The position numbers and the translations under genes were made by a program. Source: Eledone cirrhosa (Eukaryota). From it: 64,000 nucleotides of DNA. The stretch is taken from contig OZ024740.1 in NCBI GenBank assembly GCA_964016885.1, positions 357,120,001-357,184,000 of the forward strand. The letters run 5' to 3'. Below the pieces are notes generated by a model. It was not told the DNA's origin, ran no database searches, and was given only the letters and a program-made list of their open reading frames with translations. This document shows positions 52,746 through 64,000 of the stretch, piece by piece (position 1 is the first letter of the stretch; each line of letters begins with the position of its first letter).

Positions 52746-55214
52746 GGCAGTCTGAAGAGGCATTATCACCAAAACTTCAATGTCACTGCCATAGTTTTCT
52801 TTGGAAAATATATAATATAATATATATGTTAAAGCATTTATCAAGTTTGATGATTGTTTTAAGCACAACATTCTTGGCCCTTGTGTCACATTGGCTATAA
52901 TAAAAATTATATGTATCACTATGTATTGAGTTTTATTCCTTTTTTTTAATTTTTTTTTTTTAAACTAAACCTGTATAATAGAAACATTTTGTTCTTCCTT
53001 TTTAAAAGAAAGATAATTAGATTAAGTAGTGTGCATATGTGTGTTGAGTTTTGTGTTTGAAAGTGTGTATTGCTCTCCCCTCTCATATATATATATGTAT
53101 ATATGTATTAGTCCATCAGAAGATTGAATGAAAGATGGAAGAAAAGTAAGAATGGAATTTTTTTTTTTACTGCAAGAGATCAGGTGTGTGTTTGCTGAAC
53201 CATTTTAGATGAGTGTGAGTCAGAATCTGTCTTCGATATAAAAGCATTTTAATAATGTATATATTGTGCAGAGTGGGATGTGTGGTTAAGAAGTTCATTG
53301 ACAACCATACTAGCCTGAGTTTTATGAGATATGTGACTCATTTAGAGTTTTCTATCACCAAAATATATTTCACTGGTTACGCTACAACAGTTTTCTATTC
53401 TCATGTATATACACACATAATGTCAGTTATAGATCTGTGATGTTTTCATTTGATGATCATTTGAATTACATCATTTCATGGTAATTTAATATGAGGTTTA
53501 TATAGCTAACCCAAGACTTGGATCTGTATAACAATATTTACGGTCCAATTCAACTCAATTGGGATTTCTCTTATTGAAAAAAAAAAATAATAATTGCCAT
53601 TAAATTTGCAGCAATTGTTAGGAAAACATTAAGTTAATTATTGAAACTGAACCAAGTTTTGAAAAACCTTATTTTCTAATAAATTTGATGCAACTCCTGA
53701 TCAGGCAATATTATGACCTAGAACCCATGCTAGCGTGGAAGATGGACGTTAAACGATGATGATGATGTTAATTTATGTTCAATCCATTTGCAGCAATTTT
53801 ACTTTATGCTGCTGATGCCCTTCAGGAAAGCATGAATGTTACATTTCACTAATTTCCCATAAATGACAAGCTATGTATTAATTTGAAAAAAAGGAATCAA
53901 CAATGAAAAAACTCATTATAGGGCAGCTTAATTTCTGGTTTTAGGTATGATTCAAGCTGTTACTTCTGTATTTGTATTTACCCGGTGATGGCCTTTTATA
54001 CACACGAACACATATACTTTGTAGTTGCTGATACCAACTAGTATAAAAAGATTATCTGTTTTATATGATCAAGGTTATTTGGGGGTATAAGATATTGAGA
54101 TGAGTCCCCTAAATCGATTGGGTGTTAGATGCTTGATTAAAAGCATTGCATTCATTTAGTGTATTGAAGGAAAACCTGTCTGATTGAGTGAGCCTAATGC
54201 AAGTGATATTTATTAGAGTTGAACTCAGCACTTTACATTAATGAATCTTGTTTCTTGGAGTATTGAGCAATCTACACTGTGACACCTATATATAGAGTTG
54301 TGAGGAATTAAGTTTCTTAGCTACAAACAGTACAATGTTGGTTATAAAATATAGGGTGCCTAACAATTTCATTACTAATGAAACACCGTTCCCTTGTCCA
54401 ACTGTAATTCTGAAATACTTGAGTGCCAAATTTGTTATCCTTGTGTCTAGATTTCAAATATCCCTTTGTTTCATTTGTCAGTCTTACTCTCAGAACATCT
54501 GTTGCTCACATTGGTCAACACATAGTCTCTTCCAACCTTTTTTTTTCTTCAATTTACTCTTTAAGAGTCTGTTATGTCATTTTCTTTGCAACAAATATAC
54601 CTATAGATATCTGATTTCTTATTCTTTCTACTAACACATCTACCTACAAATATCTGACCTGTTATACTTTCTTGTAACAGGCTGTCTGCTACTTTTTTTT
54701 TTAAATTCCCGTAACTCCTGATAGTCACAGGGGCACCATATTGACATACAGCATTTTGGGGGCATTTTAAACCTGGCAGAGCCCTTCCCTCTGCAGATCT
54801 GAATACAGCAGATTTCTTCCAGAGAAAAATAGAAAATGAGAAAGAGAGGAAGAATTGACTCCAGTACAGTTTAAAAAAATCAATTTGAGATATAAAAGAA
54901 AATTGTTTAATAATGTAGAAAAATTTAAAACGAATAAACAGACAAAAATTTAGATATCAACATTTATGACGTTTTTGTGTGACTGAATTAAATATATAAG
55001 TTTCAAATATGTGGACACTGTAGGTGAGTGAACAAGTTTACAATCTTGTTTTGATTTTTAATGGCAGCCATATCACTGATGTACATGCTCTTGAAAAATG
55101 GATGAAAGCCTCCCAAAACAACTGTGACTGAATGCCATATTGTAGATGTGAACCCTCAGAGAACCAAGTCAATAATTCAGATATAATATTTAGTTAAAAA
55201 ATGCTATTGAGATA

Positions 55215-55620
55215 TTTTCTCTGGCTCTTTATATTCTGAGTTCAAATTGCACCAAGTCTACTTTGCCTTTCATCCTTCTGGGGCCAATAAAATAAAGTGG
55301 CAGTCAAGTACGGAGTTGATTTAATCAACTTTACCCTTCCATGTGGCCTAGTGGTAAGGGTTACAATCATAATGTTCTAGGTTTGATACCTGGGTTGGTT
55401 TGCATGTTGTGTTCTTGAGCAAAATAATTTATTTCACGTTGCTCCAGTATACTCAGCTGAACATAAGTAACTAGCAATGGACTGGCATCCTGTCCAGTGG
55501 GGAGTCTTATACACAGTCACTTCACGCCATGAAATCAGCACAAGCTCAGTGTGCTGCTTGCAGCACACGAGGGCATGCATGCCCTTCCTTCAAATTTGCT
55601 GGCCTTGTGTCTAAATTTAA
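55215..55620 (+). mobile_element. SINE B interrupted by a SINE A-type element
   Basis: Insert 55341-55581 flanked by CCCTTCC (55334-55340, 55582-55588); SINE B body before and tail after. Confidence 0.7.
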
Positions 55621-57482
55621 AAATTAACGAGTTCTCAACTAATAACAACAGTATACCTTTCATCTCTTGAACATATTGTTATACCTCGTTTTCTTTTTTT
55701 TATATAAAAAATACAACCAAAAATTTTGAATCGGTAGATATTCTTCGACAAAGATTTATATCAAATGGAATTAATTCATATTGTTATGTTTTGATTAAAG
55801 TCAGCTTTGCCTTTCATCCCTCTAGTTGAGAAAATAGAACAACAGTCTAGTATTTGGGTCAATTTAATTGACTAACCCCACTCTCAAATTTTGGGCCAAT
55901 CTTAGAAGCAATTATGATTATATTCATTCCTTCAATATAAAGGGAAGCAGAACTGGTAGAATGGCAGACAATATACCATTTCAATATTTATTTACATCCA
56001 TTTTTGCTCTGAGATTATATCCTGGTGGGGTCATCTTTCATACTTTCAGGGTCAATAACATACCACCTGTAATACATGGAGTCAGTTACAATCAACTATA
56101 TACATCACTCCACTATACACATGTGGCTTTGTGCAAATTTAAGAAATCAGTATTATTATTATACATATACTTTATATCATATATATATATAATTATTATT
56201 AAGTATAGACTTACATCCTGTTAGTTCTGAGTTCAAATCCCACCGAAGTTAGCTTTTCCTTTCATCGTTACGGGGTCGATAAAATAAAGTACCAGTAATA
56301 CACTGGGGTTGATTTAATGAACTTTCCCCTCCCCTTTAAATTGCTGGCCTTGTGCCTAAAGTAGAAACAATTATTATTATTATTTCTTATTTAGTCTGCA
56401 AAGCTTTCTTATAGAGTTAGTCTTTGCTAACATTTTTTTCACTGCTTTTTACTTTGGTTTATTTGTTCATTCAGTACATGTCATTGTTGAAATAATAATA
56501 CTAAGTGTTTTCAAATATTGAAACTAATACAATTTCAAAATATAATTACTATAAAAAGGATTTTTGTTTTTAACCTTGCATTAATTTTGTATATTTTTGT
56601 TGTCATTTGTCTATCCAATACAGAACTTATTATAAAAATAAAGAAATTTTATTAAAATGAAGAAACTATTATTTTATTGTCTAGCTATCTATTATATTAA
56701 GGTGTTAACAAAAGATTGTGTGTGGTGTAAAAAGTTTATCATGCAGTAGAATGGGAATCATAAAAGTATGTGCAATAGGGAGAGAGAATTGGAAGTGGTA
56801 GTAGCGGCAGCATCAAACACCAAATTCTTTTGATTGTCTTTATGGTGCAGGGTTGATAATAGTGTGTGTGTGAGAGAGAAAACTAAAAGATTAATTACTT
56901 TTTATAACTTCGGTGATGCTGTGGAAAGGGAATTCTAAGTGAGGGAGAGAGAGAGCAGCAGCATTGGCAGTGTCAGCATTTTCTTATTTTAAACCTATGC
57001 AGTGTGAAAAATATTGTTTACTATTAAATTATGAATACTCAAAAAATTACATTTTCGAATTTTTAATTATTTATATATGTGTGTGTGTGTGTAACTTAAA
57101 AATAAAACACTTAAAATGTCATATTGATCTTTAATATCTGGAGGTTGTTTCTTATTAAACTGAAATTTCCACAGGGTGAGCTAGTTAGAATAATGGATAA
57201 AATGCTTTGCAGCATCTATTCCTGCTCTTTGCATTCTAAATTCAAATCCCGCCAAGGTTGACTGTCTTTCATCCTTATGGAGTTGATAAAATGAACACCA
57301 GTATCACACTTGGGTTGATATAATCAACTTTCCCTTTCCCTTAAAATTGCTGGCCTTGTGCCGAAAGTAGAAACAGTTATTATTATCATTAAGTTTCAAC
57401 ATTTTCATGCCAGAACTTCTGCTGAATCACCAGCTGTATGTAGTATTGCCTTTTAGAAGTTTAGGATTGAAACACAATCCTA

Positions 57483-57775
57483 AAGGCACATGGCTTTGTG
57501 GTTAAGGTATTCGGCTCACAATCATAAATTTATGAGTTCGATTCCCGATTGCGTGCTGTGTCCTTAAGCAAGACACTTTATTTCACGTTGCTCCAGTCCA
57601 CTCAGCTGGCAAAAATAAGTTGTATCTGTAATTTGAAGGGTCAGCCTTGTCACATTCTGTGTTGTGCTTAATCCCCCTGAGAATTACGTTAAACGTAGAC
57701 ATGTTTGTGGAATGCTCAGCCACTTGCATGTTAATTTCATGAGCAGGCTGTTCCATTGATCGTATCAGCTGGAAC
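57483..57775 (+). mobile_element. SINE with family-A head/CORE and a different 3' body
   Basis: ggcacatggctttgtggttaagg...gagttcgattccc...gcaagacactttatttcacgttgctccag; body shared with 36150-36300 and 11140-11280. Confidence 0.85.
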
Positions 57776-58149
57776 ACTATTTAATCCTAAATCTGTTTTG
57801 CTTTGTTGTAGCATTAGTTTTGCTGTTTGTGGTGTAGAATATGTATGTCACATGAGATGTGTTTATTTTGTTAGGTGGGGATTGTGTTTCGTCTGTGTTG
57901 TGTTTAGTGTTGAGTGATTGTGTGGAGTATGTGCCATGTAGGTTGTGGTGGATTGGCAGTATCGGTAGAGCGTCAGACACCATGCTTTGCAGCATAGAGT
58001 TATGGTCCTTTACGTTCTGAGTTCAAATCCCACTGAGGTTAACTTTGCCGTTCATCCTTACTGGGACAATAAAATAAAGTTGAAACAATTATTAGGAGAG
58101 AATTGTGGAGAGTATCTTTTATTCAGGTGGTGATTTTTGTTTTAATAAA

Positions 58150-58500
58150 AAGATTTGAGATGGCTGGAAAGGAATGAACCACATTCTTTGATGAATGTGT
58201 AATGTCAGTGTGCATGGATGTGTAATGTCAGAGCACAAGTGACCTGAGAGAAAAGCTGTGTATAAGATGAATCAAATGTAGAGTGTAAGAGAGATGACTT
58301 TCATGGTATGGACATGTGATATATAAGGGGAGAGAGGATTGAATAATGAAATGTTGAGTACTTGAAGTATATGGAAACTGGAAGAGGGAAACCAATGAAA
58401 ATATGAAACAAAGTCGTGAAGAATGACTTCAAAAAACTGCACCTTACAAAGATGATACAAAATCATGTTGATTAGTACTAGAAAAGACTCGCCCTCCAAT
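58150..58500 (+). mobile_element. Decayed RTE LINE 3' fragment
   Basis: LRWLERNE, LREKL, WYGHV-like scraps. Confidence 0.65.
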
Positions 58501-58789
58501 ACAATTACTGTGATGCTAAAAGTAAATGTAGTGAGAAACTCGATTATGTGAAGTTGAAAGATCCCTTTTTAGCCTGCAGTGGATGAAACAAGCTTTCTAG
58601 TGCTGTTGTCATAATAGAATGCACACAGCACTCTCTGTAAAATGATTGATGAATAAATGAAATAGAGTAGAGAATCCCCTTTGGCCCTTTTAACGAGTTG
58701 TCAGCCTCTATAACATTGGTGCCACGATAAAATGCATCTAGCACACTCTGTAATGTGGTAGTGTTAAGGCCTCGATAAAATGTTCTCAA

Positions 58790-59097
58790 TATATTCTATA
58801 AATTTGCTGGCGTTAGGATAGGTAACCAGCAATAGGGTAAAGATCTCCTTCGGTCACGAATGACCATGGGATTTGCATCGAGAAAGTTCCCCTCCGAGGC
58901 AGGGTTGTTTGTGGCAAAGCACCAATCACCCCTGCATACCGGTCTCACCCCACCAGTGACGTCGCAACTACAGCTGAGTAAACTGGAGCTACGTGAAATA
59001 AAGTGTCTTGCTCAAGGACATAGCGCATCACCCGGTCCAGGAATCGAACTCACAACATCACGATTACAAGCCCATCGCTCTAACTACTAAGCCATGG
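58790..59097 (-). mobile_element. SINE A-type element
   Basis: cagctgagtaaactggagc..gtgaaataaagtgtcttgctcaagg..gaatcgaactcacaac..ctctaactactaagccat. Confidence 0.85.
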
Positions 59098-59468
59098 AAA
59101 CTTGGTTAAACTATAGAACGTATTAGCAAAATGTGGTTCTCCGATTTATGTAATCTCAAACAGTTATGATCCGTCCAACCCATGCCAACATGAAAAGCGG
59201 ACGTAAAATGTGGGCGATGATAACTATTTACACATGCAACACGAATAGCTAAAGAATTAGTTTACTGATATCTTAAGGTTACAAATTTGAAAACTGATTA
59301 CATTTCTATAACCTAATTTGTATACTATCGAATTTTCTATATCTTGCAATTGTAAAATATCACCTGTGTCTGCGACCCAATTTCTATTTCTAATTGTAAC
59401 TATACTTTTGGCGTAAGTATCTCAGGGTTTCCATTTCTTAAAGTTCATGAATACCAGTGATATAATAG

Positions 59469-59663
59469 CAGACCTGCCAACCTCTAAAAACCCAAACGGG
59501 GAGTACCATGAAAAAAAGTGCCCCCAAACGGGAAGAAATGAGGCAAAATAAGGAGATTTTACATAATGAAAGATATACTAATTTTCACAAGAGAAGACAG
59601 CTCTCACCCACCCCAAAGGATATTGTAAATCTCCCCGTCGAACGGGGAGAATTGACAGGTTTG
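59469..59663. mobile_element. MITE
   Basis: TIRs cagacctgccaa / ttgacaggtttg; 6-bp TSD TAATAG. Confidence 0.7.
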
Positions 59664-60819
59664 TAATAGCAAATAACTCTTGATACCAACCCAACCAAAA
59701 CCAACTCCGGTTCTATAAAACGAACCCCACCCCCAAAAAATGTTTCCTATTTAAATTAAAACCTTTCAATATAAGTTTATATAAGAACCACATGTTAAGT
59801 TATTATCTTAATAATGATGAAATAATTCATAATTTTCGTAAATCCAACAATATATTTCTTGTGTATAACAGATTATACAAAAAATATTTTCAAATTATTC
59901 AATCATGTTCTTTTTTATTAAACTAAAACTACATCTATTTGTATATGCGCTACAATTTATGTACATGTTCTGTTTATTGCATATCAAAGTTTTTTTATAT
60001 CTTGGTTGATATTTGATAATAACAGCTAATAAACTAATCACTATAATTAAATTGACCAAATGTAGCACCCCACCTAATTCAGAATTGCTTCCACCGCTCT
60101 TGTTATGTCAACTATAGTTTACAAAAAAAAAGTTATACAATGATAGAAATATGAAAAAGATAAAAACTAAATTGAGTAATGAAAAAAAGGGGGAAGGGGT
60201 AAAGAAGGGCAGATCTGGCTGGATGAGGAAGTAAACGAAAGCACTATAAATGCCATAAATAAAAAGAAAGGGAGGAAAAAAAGCAAGGGCTATTAGGCCA
60301 TGGAAGAGAGGGAGGGTGAAGAGGAGAGGATTGTGGGCTCCATACTTAGGCTGGGGCGGTAACGATTTGAAATGGAATGGTATAGTTGATTAAATCAACT
60401 CCAATAAACACTGGGACGTATTTTATTGATATCTTATGAATGAAAGGCAAAGTTGGCCATGGCGAAATTTGAACTAAGAACAAAAAGAGCCATAACAAGT
60501 ACTGCAAACACCTCCCTAGTCTGTCACCACAATGACACACCCTCTCCTCATGCACCAAACACCAAAGAATGGCAATAAGGAAACGAAAAACATAGATAAG
60601 AAAAAGAAGAAAACAAATTCAGCAACGAAAGAAAGGGAAAGGAGGAGGGAACGGCAGACTCTCTTAATCTGAGCATTTTACTTCAGATGCTACCTACGAA
60701 GAAAATGGTGAAGGCATTACCGGGAAGATAGCCAGTGGCCCTACCTCACGGGGCTCCTTCCTTAGGCGGGTTGCAGTCATCCCGAATTTGCGAAGGAAAT
60801 CATTAGTTTGGGGACCATT

Positions 60820-62850
60820 TTGTTTTTTATCCCAGTAACAGTGGTCTACGCTCAGTAATTTCAACAAGTTTGGTCATTGTGAACTAACTTCATTGTCTAC
60901 CCATAATACCGGACAGTGATACATCTCAATAATGTCTATCATGGAGCTAATACTAAACAGAATACTTAGAATCAAATCAAAGCCTATAGAATTCTAATGA
61001 AGCCATCTCCTGGAACATCAAAGATATGAAATATCAATGAACAAGGTTAGGTTTTTGTGAAACCAATCTGACCATTATTACGTCATAAGAAATACTTGCA
61101 AAATAGTAAAGATCTCTTTAAATAAATACTAATCCCCTATTTAAATGAACGCTAATTATATGACGTCATAACGGAATATTTCTCTGAAACGTCAGGAATG
61201 GAATTTTCTAAAATGTTAGAAAATAATATATTATCCATCACACTGGTTAACACACTTTTTGCTGACTTAGGTCTTGTTGTTTTTAGCTAATTTTGAGGTG
61301 CTAATTTCAACATACATTTTTTTCCTAGCACAACATACATTTTTCCTTAACACAGATTTTCATGTTTGTCTTTCGCTCGGCTTTTCCATAAACACAGGAA
61401 ACACGGATATCACTGGTCAACAGAATAAAAGCAAAACTATATTTTATTGACTAGTGTAATCCATAACATAAATATCACTTGGTAAAAATAGTGTCTCTCT
61501 TGGAGCTAATTCTAGAAGAATCAAGTTAGAGCCAAAGAATTCTAATGAAGCCATCTCCTGGAACATTAAAGAATTGAAATATCAATGAACAAGGTTAGGT
61601 TTTTGTGAAACCAATCTGACCATTATTACGTCATAAGAAATATTTTCAAAATAGTAAAGATCTCTTTAAATAAATACTAATCACCTATTTAAATGAACGT
61701 TAATTACATGACGTCATAACGGAATATTTCTCTCTGAAACGGCAGGAAGGGAATTTTCTAAAATGTTGGAAAACAATATATTATCCATCATACTGGTTAA
61801 CACACTTTTTGCTGACTTATGTCTTCTTGTTGTTTTTAGCTAATTTTGAAAGTGCCAATTTCAACATACGTTTTTTCCTAACACATCAATTTTCATGTTT
61901 GTCTTTCGCTCGGCTATCCCATAAACACAGGAAAAACGGATATCACTGGTCAATATTTTGTTGGCTAGTGTAATCCATAACAAATATCACTTGGTAAAAA
62001 TACTAATGACTGTCATGTTTGTAGCAAAACACCTCAAGTTTATAAAATGCTTGTTCATAGAGTTCAATAATCATTGTAAGTTTGGTTATACCTTACAGAT
62101 CATAACCTACACAAGAACAGCAACTGTCACACTTTGACGCAATCCACCATATCTCCGCATTGGGTCCATTAGAGTCTATCAACGTATAGAAATAAACTGG
62201 ACAGTAGAGATCGTGTAACATGTCAAGAGTATCACATTGCACCCCATACAATTCATTACTACATAATGTAGATGGTGTAGTATGGTCCTCGTGTCTAGAT
62301 ATCACACTGTATTCCATACAATATATCACTACAATGGGTAGATTATGCAGTATTGTTTTCATATCAAACCGACACACTACACCACATATTATTTAACCTC
62401 TACATTTCGAGGTTTCAACACTACAATGTGTAATAAGATCCTCAGCAAGGCAACGAGTTGGTATAAGTGAAATGGAGTGACTGTATGTTGCACCTAGAAG
62501 AAGAAGAAGAAGAAGAAGAATTAGTATTTATTTAAAGGGACCTTTACTATTTTGAAAATATTTCTTATGACGTAATAATGGTCACATTGTTTTCACAAAA
62601 TCCTGATCTTGTTCATTGATATTTCATATCTTCGATGTTCCAGGAGATGGCTTTATTGGAATTCTTTGGCTTCGTCTTGATTCTTCGACAATTAGCTCCA
62701 AAACAGACTCTATTGAGATATATCACTGTCAGGTATTATAGATAAACGATGAAGTTAGTTAACAATTACTAAACTTGTTGAAAGTATTACAACTGTTTCT
62801 ACTATTACTACTATTACAAAAGTAGACAACTGTTTCTGGGATAAAAACAA
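60820..62850. repeat. ~550-bp tandem duplication plus an inverted third partial copy
   Basis: 60989-61490 matches 61537-62000; 62523-62850 is the reverse complement of ~60820-61130. Confidence 0.9.
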
Positions 62851-62924
62851 AACCTGTGTTAACTCGTGCCTGTTACTCATAAACCACTATCACCTGGACA
62901 ATAATATTTATGGAATAATCACAA

Positions 62925-63062
62925 TACATACATTCATGGTGATTGCTTCTTCGTTGCAGATGATTGCCGTCTCCCTATGCACCCCCATCAACCGTCACCA
63001 ACTCCAAACGTCCGTTCGTGACCTCTTAGGTGGCTTTTAAGTCCAGCTTTAGATTTGCTGGA
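62925..63062 (-). mobile_element. Extreme 3' end of a LINE (RTE-like, terminal zinc-finger half)
   Basis: KSKAGLKSHLRGH resembles the C-terminal KS.AGL.SH.R.H of RTE-type ORFs, followed by a short UTR and a tgaatgtatgt tail. Confidence 0.5.
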
Positions 63063-64000
63063 CTTTGCAGCAGCAGCAACAACATCCACGACAACAATAA
63101 CAATTCTACCCATATCAGTGTTTGAATTTGACGTCATTTTAGATAGGTATGTTTTACCCAATATTCCATGTTTTCGGAATGTATAAATACACTCCACATA
63201 AGGAATATTTATCCCATTTGTCTGCGACCATTCTTTCCTTTTAAATACCATTGTATATTTGTATATTATTTAACAACAATGTCGTCAGATCGTATGGGAA
63301 AGTCACAGTCTGATGACATATTTTAGATAGTTGCTGATATCTAATATCTTCCCACGATATTTGATACAATTCACATTTTTGGTTGTATCTTCGTTATAAT
63401 GATCAATACATATTTTGTAGCTATCTATATCCTTGGATTTCAGATATATAATATACGAAATTGTTGTATAAATGGGTGTGTATATGTCAAAATCAAATAG
63501 GCGGGAAACCTATCTCCACATTGTGTGGTTTGACTTGTAGGTCTAATGAGCCATCTAAGTGTGCATTAGAGACCGCATAATCAATAACACGTTTTTACCA
63601 ATGTCTTTTGTTTCTTTTATTCTCTTCTAAGATGTGGTCGTACATGGGCACGAGTTGGGTTTCACTATGTATGTATGTATGGTGTTATAATTTCACAAAT
63701 TTTTGCCAATAGAGAGAGAGTCGGTTTCTAACATAGACACAAGACTCTCTCACTGGAATTTACACAACATCAACTAGGTAGATTATGTATGCATGCATGT
63801 GTAGATATGGATGTTATTGTATGTGTGGATATGTATGTTTTGAGTTGTATGTGGGCATGTGTATATGCTTTGTATCTGTACATGTGTATATGCAGTTACT
63901 ACATGCAAAATCTTTGGAATGTTTTACATATTTTTACTGTTCCATTAATGGATTGTACTTGTAATTTCCTAACTAGTTGTGTTCTTTCTGTTCCTGTGAA

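Overview
Eukaryotic, AT-rich, repeat-dense genomic DNA. The SINE/LINE families and long (TA)n arrays look like an octopus/coleoid cephalopod genome (inference from repeat familiarity, not verified). Two intact spliced genes lie on the + strand: a low-molecular-weight protein tyrosine phosphatase (ACP1-like, 6 coding exons, 4979-15833, 156 aa) and the ER AMPylase FICD/HYPE (3 coding exons, 18481-32696, 458 aa). The rest is mobile DNA: a young 5'-truncated CR1-like LINE with an open RT frame, several RTE LINE fragments, Penelope-like (PLE) RT relics, mariner/Tc1/hAT transposase relics, MITEs, several tRNA-derived SINE families and about 5.5 kb of TA microsatellite. The most unusual signals are: (i) minimal hammerhead-ribozyme-like motifs (CTGANGA...GAAA..NTH with palindromic stem III) in fold-back elements, consistent with non-autonomous PLE/retrozyme-like units; (ii) recurrent perfect snap-back palindromes at element junctions; (iii) a chain of stop/start-overlapping uORFs at the FICD start; (iv) a dispersed same-orientation array of a 17-bp palindromic motif downstream of FICD. 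Exon boundaries were counted by hand and phase-checked. Repeat boundaries are approximate, and no database searches were run.
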